Assembly: GCA_963778655.1 (NCBI GenBank)
Contig: CAVZVA010000003.1
Location: forward strand, 288,001 to 352,000
Length of the DNA stretch: 64,000 nucleotides
From: an uncultured delta proteobacterium
GTDB lineage: Bacteria > Myxococcota_A > Polyangia > Polyangiales > JAFGIB01
Reading direction: 5' to 3'
Below are positions 10,858 through 21,631 of this stretch, in pieces; the first letter of the stretch is position 1; the number at the start of each line of letters is the position of its first letter. The translations under genes and the position numbers were made by a program. The notes under the pieces are model-generated. The model saw only the letters and a program-made list of their open reading frames with translations. It had not been told where the DNA came from and ran no database searches.

Positions 10858-11415
10858 TTGGGCAGGACCAATCTCGAGCTTGGCCGTGAGGAGAAGCGCG
10901 ATGAAGTCGTGCGGGCCGCCCGTGAGCTCTTCGTGGAGCACGGCTACGAGGCGACTTCCATGCAGCGCCTTGCCCACCAGGTGAACGTCGCGCCGAACAC
11001 GCTCTACTGGTACTTCAAGGACAAGGACACGCTGCTGGTCACGGTGATGAAGCAGGTGGTGGCCGAGGGGCTCGAGGAATACGAGCGCCGGAAACGCAGC
11101 TCACTGGAAGCCCAGCTGCGTTGGCTGTTCGGCATGTTCTGGGAAATGCAGAGCCTGGTGGCCACCGTGCATGCCCGCGCCCAGCTCTCCCCGGAGGTGC
11201 GAGCCTGGCACGAGACCTTCCACCAGATTCTGGAACAGGCCGTCAAGGCGGAGCTCCGCTCGCGCGGCCTCGCGGATGGACACGAGGCCGCGGCGGCGCG
11301 ATGCATCTCCTTCGTCACCGAGGGGATTGTCGCCCACCAGAGCTCGAAGGCGGAACAGCGCCGCATCATCAAGTGGTTGGTGTTGCTCGTGGAGCAGGAG
11401 GTCGCGCAGACATGA
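10858..11415 (+). CDS. TetR-family regulator
   Basis: AARELFVEHGYEATSMQRLAHQVNVAPNTLYWYFKDK. Confidence 0.9.
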   Translation: MGRTNLELGREEKRDEVVRAARELFVEHGYEATSMQRLAHQVNVAPNTLYWYFKDKDTLLVTVMKQVVAEGLEEYERRKRSSLEAQLRWLFGMFWEMQSLVATVHARAQLSPEVRAWHETFHQILEQAVKAELRSRGLADGHEAAAARCISFVTEGIVAHQSSKAEQRRIIKWLVLLVEQEVAQT

Positions 11416-12125
11416 GCAACGACCGACCCGGGGCTACACCCAAGGCCGTCTACGTTCGCGTCGACACCGTCGAGTCGCGGGTGTCCGAGGGGCACTCGAG
11501 GACTTCTCGCAAACGGTTGTTGGCGAGCGAATCCCTGGAGATCGAGCAGACCAGGATCGCCGGAAGCGGCGATGGCGAGGACTATGGCGTCCACGCGACG
11601 GTTCGCCTCGCCTATGTCCTGCACGGTCGAGGTGTCCTTCGGCTCGATGACGCCGACAGCACGTTTGGCACAGGCGATCTGATCGTCGTGCCGGCCGGGG
11701 TCCGATGGGGGCGACAGCTGTCCATTCAGTCCGATGAGTTGGTCATGCTCGAAATCGCTGCGCGGTCTCACGTAGGCGAAGCGATTGCGACAGGCGTCAG
11801 GTCCGTCGAATCGCTCCGGGTAGTGAGGCCGGGGGATGTCGAGCCCTACGCGCCAGCGGGCCACGCCAAGACGACCAATCGCTGCCTCTTTGTCGACGAC
11901 CAGCTCGAGGTGATCGAGGGGTTCATCGAGCGCGGAGGCGGCGCGGACAGGCACTTCCACCAGCACAACGAACAAGCGCTCTACGTGCTGAACGCGCCCG
12001 ATCCGCTGCTGATTCACTACCCGCCGCGCGCCCCGCATGGGACCGGTGGGGGCATCACCGATCCGCTCGAGCTGCTGGTGATCTACGCGCCACCGCTGGG
12101 TGAGTCGCAGAACGCGCTGGGCTGA
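11412..12125 (+). CDS. Cupin-domain protein
   Basis: Two cupin-like halves (YVLHGRGVL...GDLIVVPAG; HFHQHNEQALYVL...PHG). Confidence 0.7.
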   Translation: MSNDRPGATPKAVYVRVDTVESRVSEGHSRTSRKRLLASESLEIEQTRIAGSGDGEDYGVHATVRLAYVLHGRGVLRLDDADSTFGTGDLIVVPAGVRWGRQLSIQSDELVMLEIAARSHVGEAIATGVRSVESLRVVRPGDVEPYAPAGHAKTTNRCLFVDDQLEVIEGFIERGGGADRHFHQHNEQALYVLNAPDPLLIHYPPRAPHGTGGGITDPLELLVIYAPPLGESQNALG

Positions 12126-12136
12126 GGGTCTAGGGC

Positions 12137-13667
12137 ATGGCCACATTGCACGACTCGCTCTTCGGCACCGCACGGCGATTCCCCGATCGCGTCGCGGTTT
12201 GCAGCCAGGCCGAGGAAATGACCTTCGAGGCGTTTGCCTTGCGTGTGGAGCATCTGGGCGGTGCGCTCGAGTCGCTGGGCTTGAAGAAGGGCGACAGGAT
12301 CTCCCTGATCTCCCGGAACCGCGCCGACTACCTCACGTATCACTTCGCGACCTCCATGATGGGCATTGTCCTGCATGTGATGAACACGCGTCACGTGACC
12401 CGGGAGTGGCTGTGGGCCATGAACGACGCCGGCAGCAGCGCGCTGATCGTGGACGAGACGCACGCTCACGCAATCGCGGACCTGCGCGCGGGATGCACCG
12501 GTCTGCGCTTCGTGGCGGGCATAGGCACGGTGAGCGGCGCGGACCATGCAACGGACGCGCTCGTCGACGCCGGCCGTACCCCGCGACAACGCCCCCGCAT
12601 CGCACCCGACGACCCCGTGATGCTGATCTACACCAGCGGGACGACCGGCTTGCCGAAGGGGTGTCTGCAGACCCAGCTCGGCTCCACGACCATCGATGGC
12701 CTGACCGCCGACGCCGTGCAAGCGACCGAGCGGGATGTCTACATGGCCGTCATGCCGTACTTCCATCAAGCGGGGATGATCCGGTCGCGAGCGATCATGC
12801 TTCGGGGTGGAGCCAACGTCGTCCCGGAGGATCTGAACATCGAATCGGTCGCGGACCTGATGGTCGAGAAGGGCGTGACCGTGACCATGTTGGTTTCCGC
12901 GAAGCAGAGCCTGACCCTGCTCGACAAGGCGACGAACCAGGGCCGCGACTTCACTTCCCTGCGGCTTCTCATCAGCGGGGGCGGGACGGGCCGCAAGACC
13001 ATGAAGGGGCTGAAGCTGATCTGCGACACCTTGGGTTGCGACTTCATGGGGATCTGGGGACAGACCGAATGCACGGGCCCCGTAACCGTCGTGCACGGCG
13101 CGACTGCGTTCGAGAACCCGTTCACCTGTGGTCGGCCCATGCCAGGCATCGAGCTCCAGGTCTGGAACGACGACAAGCAGGTCCTGCCGGCGGGCGAGAT
13201 CGGTGAGATCATGGTGCGGTCGGACACGACGGCCCACTACTGGAACAACCCCGAGGCCAACGCCGCGCTGTACACGGGGCGGTGGCTGCATACCGGCGAC
13301 CTTGGAAGGCTGGACGAGCGGGGCTACCTGTACTTCGAGGGCCGCAAGAAGGACCTGATCAAAACCGGTGGAGAGAACGTCTACCCGCTCGAGGTGGAGA
13401 CCGTTCTCAGTGAGCACCCGGCCGTCCGCGAGGTGGCGGTCATCGGCCTGTCGGATCCCGAGTGGGGCGAGGCGGTGGCCGCCGTGGTGGTCTCGGTGGA
13501 CGGCAGACCCGTCTTCCCCGCCGAGCTGAGGGAGTTCTGCCGCGACAAGATCGCGGGCTACAAGAATCCCGCGCAGGGTCGAGACGGTCACCGAGATCCC
13601 CAAGAACGAGACCGGCAAGGTGCTCAAGGCAGCCCTGAGGAAGCGGTTTCAGGAGCAGGAGCACTAG
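12137..13667 (+). CDS. AMP-dependent acyl-CoA synthetase (frameshift near 13565)
   Basis: YTSGTTGLPKG, WGQTE, WLHTGD, GRKKDLIKTGGENVYP; the shifted frame gives IPKNETGKVLK. Confidence 0.9.
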
Positions 13668-13678
13668 AGACTGAAGCC

Positions 13679-13972
13679 ATGTCGAACGACAAAGTCGTCA
13701 TCACCTGCGCCCTCACCGGTGTGCTCACCGACCCCGCACGGTTCAACGTGCCGGTGACGCCCGAAGAGATGGCCGACGCGGCCCAACAGGCCTACGACGA
13801 GGGAGCGAGCGTCCTGCACACACACTTCCGGGCGCAGCAGCCGGGCGCGGGCGCCTTTCCCACCTGGGATCCAGAGGAAGTGGGCGACATTTTGGGGGCG
13901 ATCCGTCAACGCGTGCCGGAGATGCTCATATGCATGAGCACGGGCGTCATTGGGAAGAACATCTCGGGCCCT
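13679..13972 (+). pseudogene. 3-keto-5-aminohexanoate cleavage (BKACE) family, N-terminal fragment
   Basis: KVVITCALTG...VPVTPEEMA...GASVLHTHFR; similarity stops after about 98 aa. Confidence 0.8.
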
Positions 13973-14064
13973 TGTGGGCATTGCATCGTGCTGCCGCCGA
14001 GCACGGAGGCAACCTCACGCGAGATGTTGCGCCTGGCGGAGCCGAGCTCGGAACGGGAAGCACC

Positions 14065-14570
14065 ATGCACGTCGAAGTGAAGACCACCTTGGGCAGGCTG
14101 CGCGGGGCGCAGCGTGAGGGGCACCAGGCATTTCTCGGCATCCCATACGCGGCGCCGCCGACCGGGCCGCACCGCTTCGCCGCCCCGGCGGCTGCCGAGG
14201 CGTGGAGCGGCGTGCGCGACGCCTTCGCCTTCGGCAAGAGCGCCCCGCAGCCGGTCACCGGGGGCGTGCTTCCCGTGGGGCCTCAGGACGAGGATTGCCT
14301 CTTCCTCAACGTGTACACACCCGCCGCCGACGGCGCGCGGCGGGCAGCGGCCCCGAAGCCGACGGCCTTTCTGCCCGCATGATGGACGCCTGGATCGCCT
14401 TCGCCCGCACCGGCGATCCCAGCTGCGACGGCAATGGTGCGTGGCCCGCGTACGACCCCGCGACGCGACCGACCATGGTCTTCGACGCCAACAGCCGCGT
14501 CGAGCATGGGCCCTTCGAGGAAGAACGGGAGCTGTGGGCCAGCCTGCTCGACGACCCGGGGCCCATCTGA
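14065..14570 (+). pseudogene. Type-B carboxylesterase with large internal deletion
   Basis: N-terminus (FLGIPYAAPP, EDCLFLNVYTP) joined near 14342 to C-terminus (WIAFARTGDP...WPAYD); catalytic core absent. Confidence 0.85.
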
Positions 14571-14925
14571 TCATCTGACGGTAGCTGGCAGATGATCTGG
14601 ATCGATCCCTCGTCGACCAAGGCGTTCGCCTTGGAGGGCAACGCCGACTGGGTCGCACAGACGGCGCGACGGCGGATCTCGATGGTCACCCTCACCGCGG
14701 CGGACGTACGGGCATGGATCATTCTCCCCCGACCGTTCTACGGGACCTCGTAGGCACGGCGTCTCGTCTCGGCTTGATCGCGCTCGTCGGCTGGCGGCGT
14801 CGAGGTTCAGCGGTGGTGTGACTTGCGCCGTGACCGCCACGGTGCGCAGGCCGCCGGCCATCGACGGCGCGACAGGCAATCCCTCCGCGGTCGAACTGCG
14901 CTCGATCTCGTGATCACGACCACGC

Positions 14926-15417
14926 TCAGCGGCCGCGACGACTCTTCCTCGCGGGCGGATCATCGAAGAACATGGGAGCCCCACCAGCGTTCGCGCCGGC
15001 CTCGCGGACCACCGCGGCCAAGTCGACGCTCAGTCGGCGCAGGCGGGCGCGTGGTAGCGATCGCAGCGCGCGCGCTAGCCGCGCCTGAAACGGCTCGTGC
15101 GCGCGCCCCAAGAGCCCTTGGCCTCGTGCCGTCAGGGACAACGCGCTGCGGCGACCGTCTGCCGGATCGCGACGGCGTGAGACCAGGCCTCGGCGGACGA
15201 GCTTCGTCACCACGACGGACACGGAGCTCGGATCCGTGAGCGTGCGTTGCGACAGCCGGCGAATCGAGATCCCGGGCTCCGCCGCGAGCTCCCGCAGCAC
15301 GAACAACTGTGCGCCGCTGATGCCGAGCTCGCGCTGCACCGAGTGCGCCGTTGCTCGCAGGCCGCGTACGATGCGCCTGAGGCTGTCGAGCACCTTCGCC
15401 GCCTCCTCAATTTGCAT
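14926..15417 (-). CDS. MarR-family regulator
   Basis: GISGAQLFVLREL...LVRRGLVSRRRDPADGRRSALSLTARG. Confidence 0.9.
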   Translation of the reverse strand: MQIEEAAKVLDSLRRIVRGLRATAHSVQRELGISGAQLFVLRELAAEPGISIRRLSQRTLTDPSSVSVVVTKLVRRGLVSRRRDPADGRRSALSLTARGQGLLGRAHEPFQARLARALRSLPRARLRRLSVDLAAVVREAGANAGGAPMFFDDPPARKSRRGR

Positions 15418-15428
15418 GGGATCCCATG
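15415..15428. promoter_or_regulatory. Palindrome CATGGGATCCCATG, candidate MarR operator
   Basis: Perfect 14-bp palindrome overlapping the marR start codon in the divergent marR/nirK region. Confidence 0.5.
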
Positions 15429-15536
15429 TATCATGAAGGGACGAGGCGGAGAACGACGGAAGCCTCGCCCGAGTGACAGGTTCCGTCGGACCGCGGTAGC
15501 GTGCGCGAAGACGCACGGGACACAGGAGACGACGAT

Positions 15537-16532
15537 ATGAGCCAGGAACCAGGAATGGGGCGTCGAGAGCTGTTGGGAGCGGCCGCGATGGGAGCGCTCG
15601 TCGCGGCATGCAACCGTCCGGCGGCGCCCGCGACCCCCGCGCCCGCACCCGCCGCCGGGCCCGGACCGGAGCCGGCCTCAATGCCGAAGGGCAAGGCCCC
15701 GTGCCCCGAGGACTTCGCGGTGGCCAAGCCCGCCGCGCCCTATCAGGCCGGCCGGGTGGTGCCGTTCGCGCTCGAAGCCCGTGAGGGCGACGCCGAGCGC
15801 ATCCAGATCTCCGGCGACCGCAGCTACCAGTCCATGAATTTCAACGGTCAGGTGCCAGCGCCGACTCTGCGGGTCACCGAGGGCGACAAGGTCCACGTGA
15901 CGCTGACGAACAAGGGCGTGCTGCCGCACTCCATCGACTTCCACGCCGCCCGCACCCCGTGGAGCAAGAACTACCAATCGATCAATCCCGGCCAGAAGCT
16001 GGAGTTCGAGTTCGTGGCCGAGAACCCGGGGGTGTTCCTGTACCACTGCGGCACCCAGCCGGTGATCATGCACATCGGCGACGGGATGTACGGCGCGGTG
16101 ATCGTGGACCCGAAGACGCCGCGCCCTCCGGCCCGCGAGTACGTGATCGTGCAGGGCGAGTTCTACGGCACCGGCCACGACACCGACGCGATGCTCAACA
16201 AGCCACCCGACGTGGTGGCGTTCAACGGCCAGGGCTTGCAGTACACGAACAAGCCCCTGCCCGCGAAGGTCGGCGAGCCGGTGCGGTTCTTCGTGGTCAA
16301 CGCCGGCCCCAACGCCACCTCGGCGTTTCACGTGATCGGCGGGCTGTTCCACCATGTGGAGCTCGACGGCAACCCGAAGAACGCGCTCGGAATGTGCCAG
16401 ACCGTCCCGGTCCCGCCCGGGAGCGGCGCGCTGTGCGAAATCGTGTTCGACGAGCCCGGCAAGTACCCGTTCGTGACCCACAAGTTCAACGATGCGACCA
16501 AGGGGGCGACCGGGATGCTCGAGGTCAGCTGA
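15537..16532 (+). CDS. nirK: Copper-containing nitrite reductase (Tat/lipoprotein signal)
   Basis: PHSIDFHAA, YHCGTQPVIMHIGDGMYG, SAFHVIG and YPFVTH carry the T1/T2 Cu ligands plus catalytic Asp/His; GRRELL...VAAC leader. Confidence 0.82.
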   Translation: MSQEPGMGRRELLGAAAMGALVAACNRPAAPATPAPAPAAGPGPEPASMPKGKAPCPEDFAVAKPAAPYQAGRVVPFALEAREGDAERIQISGDRSYQSMNFNGQVPAPTLRVTEGDKVHVTLTNKGVLPHSIDFHAARTPWSKNYQSINPGQKLEFEFVAENPGVFLYHCGTQPVIMHIGDGMYGAVIVDPKTPRPPAREYVIVQGEFYGTGHDTDAMLNKPPDVVAFNGQGLQYTNKPLPAKVGEPVRFFVVNAGPNATSAFHVIGGLFHHVELDGNPKNALGMCQTVPVPPGSGALCEIVFDEPGKYPFVTHKFNDATKGATGMLEVS

Positions 16533-16748
16533 CCGCGGTCGCCCACCCTGCGGAAGTCCGGACCGGGGGCAGCTGCGAGGGAGGGGAGCCGAGGTCGAGG
16601 GCATGTTCCGCTGGCGAGCCCGGGGGCTGCGTGGCCATCGTGACCACAGAGCCTGGCGCGCGCGCCTCGATTCCGAGCACGATTCCGGGCGATTCCGCCC
16701 TGCGCGCGTGGCAAGACCCACGGCACGGCGGTTGCATCAACTCCACGC

Positions 16749-17477
16749 GTGGCGCTCAAGAAGTCGGTGAGGTTGCCGGTGCATCCGGAGCGTGTCTGCT
16801 GGGGCTGCGATCGCTATTGCCCAGCGAATGATCTCGCGTGCGGAAATGGCACCATTCGCACACAACATCCCATGGAGTTGTTCGGACCGGACTGGGAACG
16901 GCTCGGAGGCGAGCCTCAGCCCCCGCGTTCCGAGGCGAAGCACCCGGAGGCCATCCCGATGCAGAGCATCACGTGCTACTTGACGGCCGATCACGCTCGG
17001 CTGCACGAGTTGCTCCAGCGAGCAACTCGCGGACAGCAGCTCGACCAGCAGGCGTTCGCGGCCTTTCGGGCCGGGCTCCTGCGTCACATCGGGATTGAAG
17101 AAAAGGTGCTGTTTCCCGCAGTGCGCGCCGCGCTGGGCGGCATACGGTTGGATGGCACGCTCGAGCTCCGGGTCGATCATGCAGCGATCGCCTCGTTGCT
17201 CGTGCCGACCCCTGACCTCGCGCTGGCTCACGAGCTGGCGGGATTGCTCGAACGCCACGACGCCGTCGAGGAACGTCCCGAAGGCGTGTACGAGCAGTGC
17301 GAGAACATTCTGGGTGAGATCCGCGCGCTCGCACTTGGGCGACAAGCACAAGACGCCCCGGAGGTTCCGGTCGCACCACACTACGACGGACCGAACGTCC
17401 ACCGAAGCGCCAAGGCGGCGCTCGACGCCGCGCGCCGGGCTTCGCATCGCCGCGCCGCGGGACCCAGGTCAAAGTAG
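16749..17477 (+). CDS. DUF3079-like Cys-rich domain fused to hemerythrin domain
   Basis: HPERVCWGCDRYCPANDLACGNG...QHPMELFG followed by DHARLHEL...RHIGIEEKVLFP...DH...HDAVEE. Confidence 0.75.
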   Translation: MALKKSVRLPVHPERVCWGCDRYCPANDLACGNGTIRTQHPMELFGPDWERLGGEPQPPRSEAKHPEAIPMQSITCYLTADHARLHELLQRATRGQQLDQQAFAAFRAGLLRHIGIEEKVLFPAVRAALGGIRLDGTLELRVDHAAIASLLVPTPDLALAHELAGLLERHDAVEERPEGVYEQCENILGEIRALALGRQAQDAPEVPVAPHYDGPNVHRSAKAALDAARRASHRRAAGPRSK

Positions 17478-17700
17478 CCCCGGCGCCGAGCAGGCGGGGA
17501 AACCGTGAGGCGCCGTCGTGTCCACTATTCGATCGAACCGCTCCATCATGGCAGCCGTCAGGTGGCTGGTACGGTCGCTGATCCAGGCCCAGCCGTAGCC
17601 GGCGCGCGGACCCCAGATGACGAACGTCGCACGCGCATCGTGGAAGCGGAGGCGCTCGACATTCGCAGACTTCGAGAAACGCACTGCAGGGGTGACATTG
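17469..17700 (-). pseudogene. Tyrosine integrase C-terminal remnant
   Basis: RLRFHDARATFVIW...WISDRTSHLT resembles the HxLR / GH motifs, degenerate. Confidence 0.6.
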
Positions 17701-17892
17701 GTCCCGACCCTGCAGCGCAATCGATGGTGGAGCTCCCTCGCCGCCATCGCGACGCGCCTCGCAAACGCCCGCGCGGGACGCGTTCACAGCGTGGTGAGCC
17801 GGACGCCCGCGGACCGGAGATTGTCCAACACGCTTTCGAAGCCGTCTTCGCGCGGCCGCTCTAACTTCCGGCGACGACTGTGAAAACAACCC

Positions 17893-17936
17893 GGTGGGTC
17901 ATCTCGGATTCGAACCGAGGGCCAATGGATTAAGAA
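17893..17936 (-). repeat. 3' half of tRNA-Lys(CTT), att scar copy 1
   Basis: Reverse complement TCTTAATCCATTGGCCCTCGGTTCGAATCCGAGATGACCCACC = anticodon loop, T-arm, acceptor 3' strand; identical to 29557-29600. Confidence 0.85.
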
Positions 17937-18290
17937 AGCGGAACGGGGGTCCGGAAGCTCCCGGAACCACTGAATTTCCGCAGGAAACGGGGGGCGCGAG
18001 TCCGCGATCGTCCCCCCTCGTCGAGACCACGGCCCAATCACGGCCCAATCAGGACCCGGTCGAGGCGGCGCTCGCGGACGCGCTCACGCGAGCCTCGGCG
18101 GCCGGCCGGTGGGACGTGGTCGCGATGCTCGCGCGCGAGCTCCAGGCCCGGCGCGAAGCGAGTGCCGGCGTGGTCAATCTCGGGGCTGTCCGCACGCGAC
18201 TCGGAGAACCCTGAGAATCGAGGCCGCTCATCGAAAGCGACGGGGCCGCAGCCTGCGGCCGGTGTGCGCGTGGCGTGGTATCGTATCCCA

Positions 18291-18530
18291 ATGGCGGCCG
18301 GTAGGCGCGGACGCACGGTAGAAGCTCGCTTCGTGGACGGCGTTCTGATGCCCCAGGAGCGCCTCGATCTCCAGCCGGGCGAAAGCGTCCGGCTGCTCGT
18401 CATCCGCCGGAGCAATCCCGGGCGATGGGATCTGCAGCGCCTGGCGGCGACGCCCGACGAGGATGCTGACTTGGCTCGGGCCGGGCTCGAGGCTTGGACG
18501 GACGCGCTCGAGTCGGAGGACCGCAGGTGA
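18291..18530 (+). CDS. DUF104/AF2212-like antitoxin
   Basis: TVEARFVDGVLMPQERLDLQPGESVRL; GTGA overlap with downstream toxin. Confidence 0.7.
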   Translation: MAAGRRGRTVEARFVDGVLMPQERLDLQPGESVRLLVIRRSNPGRWDLQRLAATPDEDADLARAGLEAWTDALESEDRR

Positions 18531-18843
18531 AGCGCGGCGAGATCTGGTGGGCAGATCTCGGCAGCTATCGGCCACGGGAACAGACAGGCCGACGGCCCGT
18601 TGTGATCTGGCAGAGCGACACGCTCACGAGGGTGCTGCAATCGGTTCTCGTCGTGCCGCTCACCACGAACCTGAATCGAGCCCAGCTTGCCGGAACCGCA
18701 ATGATCCGCGCCGTGGAAGGACTGCCAGAGGACTCGGTGGCGCTGTCCTTCCAGATGCGCGCGATCCCGAAGGATGCGCTCATTTCTCGCATCAGCTGGA
18801 GCTGGCGACGGACGAGGCGCTCGGACGCGAAGAGCCGGCCTGA
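18527..18843 (+). pseudogene. PemK/MazF-family toxin with small deletion/frameshift near 18795
   Basis: KRGEIWWADL...EQTGRRPVVIWQ...VVPLTT...QMRAI; C-terminal ELATDEALG is in another frame. Confidence 0.8.
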
Positions 18844-18914
18844 TCGTCCTCGCCGGGGCAACCTCCTCACTCGCTCGGGCAGCACGAGTACTGGTTGCCG
18901 GCCGGCGTAGAGTG

Positions 18915-19078
18915 CCGACCATCGATCGCGCACTCACGCGGCCGCCCGATAGTAGAAGTTGAGCATGCCGCCAAGGCGCTTGCGGCGCAGAACGCGCCCG
19001 GTCGCCGCCAAGCTCGTGCTCCGACGGCTCGATCAGCCGGTTGTCGAGCCCTTGATGATTCGTTCTGCGTGATAGAAG
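18915..19078 (-). mobile_element. Integrase-core (IS481/ISNCY-like) transposase 3' remnant
   Basis: HQGLDNRLIEP...RKRLGGMLNFYYRAAA*; the downstream CGTGAGTGCGCGATCGAT motif recurs at about 6187-6204. Confidence 0.6.
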
Positions 19079-19139
19079 CCCGATCCACACTGCTGCCAAA
19101 TACCTGCCTCAGCGGTCCACTACATCTGGCACGCGCTAT

Positions 19140-19217
19140 GCGGATAGTCGGGATGAAGAGCCGATTGGAGCGCGGTGCAGTTGCAGGCCAGTTGACACAT
19201 TCACTTATGTGCGAAGC
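19140..19217. repeat. 78-bp repeat ending in dif-like site, copy 1 (site 19190-19217)
   Basis: AGTTGACACAT-TCACTT-ATGTGCGAAGC; near-identical to 34987-35064 and 46523-46585. Confidence 0.9.
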
Positions 19218-20101
19218 AGAGCCTACCTTCCCCCAGCGGCAAAAACGCTTCCGCCGTTGAAGGATCCGATGAGCTTGAGCCAGAACGAGCTCATTCAGGC
19301 CGGATACGGCTTACGTCCTGATACGGCCTCCCCGCTGTACTCGAAGTGGCTGGCGGCAGTTTCTAAGCCCCTCACCATCGTTGCTCCCATTTCCATGCCA
19401 GAACCGGGGCTGAGCCATCTAGGCTCGCCAACGTATGTAAGCTCGACGAATTGGTGCGGTACCGCACTGAATGTCACCAATGGCCTCGGCGGGTACTGGG
19501 CGGCGCTCGGCGCGTTCACAGTTCCGACATTTGGTGCACAAGGGTCAAACTACGCCGCCGGAATGTGGCCTGGATCAGGTGGGTGGTACGATAACAAGCT
19601 CATGCAGGATGGGATCGAATATCACCGTGTGAGCGGCGTAACCAAATACGAATCATGGTGGCAATACGTACCTGATCAGACGCTTTCGCAGGTGACTCCG
19701 AGCGTCGTCCCGCATCCGGGCGATAGCATGCTATTCGAATCCTGGGAGTGCGATGCTTCTGGCCACTTCGGGTACCCGTATCATGGCTATGCTTGCTTCT
19801 ACTACATAGACAAACACTACAAGTACCGCGTTCTCCAAGGTATATCTGCAGAAATAGTGATAATTTCACCGGAACGAGCTGCGACGCCGTCATGGAACGT
19901 CAGCCATCCGTCAATCTTGCAAGCTGGAGCGGCTTGGCCACCATGGAGTTCGGATGCTACGACCTCTTTGGGGGCTGGCATAACGCGGACAGCGATCCAC
20001 GCCTGCAGATCTCCTTAATCAATAGCTCGAGCCAGACCATGTGTGCTTCGAGCGCACTCAGTCCGGATTTTGGGACTTTCGTTTGGGACCGGGCCAATTG
20101 A
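19218..20101 (+). pseudogene. G1 (eqolisin-like) glutamic endopeptidase, apparently 5'-truncated and frameshifted near 19815
   Basis: SSTNWCG, FTVP, LMQDG, WWQYVP, HPGDSM, CDAVMER; no signal peptide. Confidence 0.65.
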
Positions 20102-20166
20102 CTGAACCAAGACTGTTGAGGACATCGAGCGTAGCTCACGCGCCGCTCGTTTCACGAGGCGCGCGA

Positions 20167-21336
20167 GTCGTCCTGTCTCGAACGATCGTTGTTGAGCTCG
20201 TTCTGTTTGCATTCGCGCTTGAGCTCCTTGTGGCTTGCAGTCACTCGACTCAGCCTCAGGGCTTGCACGGCGCTCGAGATGCCGGACGCGGGAGCCTCGA
20301 TGCCGCCGCAACGGATGCAGGAGACCTTGGCACCTTGCCACCTGGGCAAAAGTGCGGACCCCGGCCGAGACTGCTCGTGGATCTCTCAAGTCTGCCGGAA
20401 GTGCCGGCTCCGGATTCGGGCATCGTGTTCTCCACTGGCGGGGCCCACATCGCCATCAATGCCGAGTATCTCTATTTCATGCTGAGCCTAAACATTGACT
20501 CCCCGGATGGAGGGGCACTGCAGCAAGGCGTCTGGAATAACGATATCTTGCGACTTCCAAAAGCCGGTGGCGAGGTCGTTCGTATTGCCACAAACGATCG
20601 CGAGACCACCTTTATCTGGGGGCTCGCCGTAAACGAAACCGACGTCGTTTTCAGTCGAGCGCCGCAGGCCAAGGATGGCAATGCAGCGATCGTGCGTGCA
20701 CCCGCGGACGGCGGCGATCCCGTGGCCCTCGCGGACGCGCAAGGCAGGGCTGCGGCTCTAACTGCCGACAACGAGAATGTCTATTTTGTCGACAACGAAG
20801 CGACCAGAGCCGTTTCATTGAGCGGCGGCGAAGCACGCACTCTGGCCCCACCTGTGACCGTAGTCACGAACGCCCTCACGGCCGTAGGCCAGACGCTGTA
20901 CATCGCCGATTATGACGGAAACGCGATCTCCTCCGTGCCGATCGCTGGTGGTAAGGCCACCATGGTTGCGCCGGATGTGTTGGCGCCGCGAAACCCGATT
21001 GCGTGCGGCTCTGACCTCTGCTTCTTCAGCGGTAACCCGCTCAACATGAGCGTGATGCGGCTCTCTCCCGGTGGAACGCCCGTGGCGCTGGCTCAAGGCC
21101 TACACGAGCTCCACGCACTCGTCTCCGACGACAACAATTTGTTTGTCGCCGTGAGCTCGATTGGCTCTCTACAGCGTGTACCTACCTCGGGCGGTGACCC
21201 CGTTCCCGTGGGTCCGGTCGACGTAGGCGACCTCGCGCTCGACGACGAGTGCCTATACTGGTCGACCCACGACGGCATCTACAACGTGTCGAGAACGATG
21301 GCCGATGGCGCGAATGATGATGTGCTGACACCGTGA
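20167..21336 (+). CDS. Putative lipoprotein with beta-propeller repeats
   Basis: LLVAC lipobox; repeated 'L.D...VY/F...I.RVP..GG' blades; start uncertain. Confidence 0.7.
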   Translation, partial: VVLSRTIVVELVLFAFALELLVACSHSTQPQGLHGARDAGRGSLDAAATDAGDLGTLPPGQKCGPRPRLLVDLSSLPEVPAPDSGIVFSTGGAHIAINAEYLYFMLSLNIDSPDGGALQQGVWNNDILRLPKAGGEVVRIATNDRETTFIWGLAVNETDVVFSRAPQAKDGNAAIVRAPADGGDPVALADAQGRAAALTADNENVYFVDNEATRAVSLSGGEARTLAPPVTVVTNALTAVGQTLYIADYDGNAISSVPIAGGKATMVAPDVLAPRNPIACGSDLCFFSGNPLNMSVMRLSPGGTPVALAQGLHELHALVSDDNNLFVAVSSIGSLQRVPTSGGDPVPVGPVDVGDLALDDECLYWSTHDGIYNVSRTMADGANDDVLTP

Positions 21337-21631
21337 GCAGTAACGACGGACTGTTTGGCAAAATACTCAACTCATACACTCTTCTCGGTCTCGTTCCGCC
21401 TTCGCGCGGTGGGTGTTACGCTTGGCGAACCCACCTGAAGCCCGGATGATCCGTTTGTCGTATGAAACCCGCGCACAACCCTTGAAACCACTCACCCCCA
21501 GGGGGTCATGCTTCTGAGAAACCGCTCATCGAGGGGGCAATGATTTTGAGAACCGACAGCGTGTGGGCTCGACGGGTTGAGCTTGCACGCGCGTGAACGT
21601 GCACGTGCTGTCGTCGACCTCGAAGGCACGC

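Noticed and set aside
14599..14612. GGATCGATCCCTCG matching the Y1 element end motif
   Set aside because: Single 14-mer inside coding-like sequence; could be chance.
17893..17936. Intact tRNA gene (also 29556-29600)
   Set aside because: Only the anticodon loop to 3' end is present; no D-arm or 5' acceptor strand.
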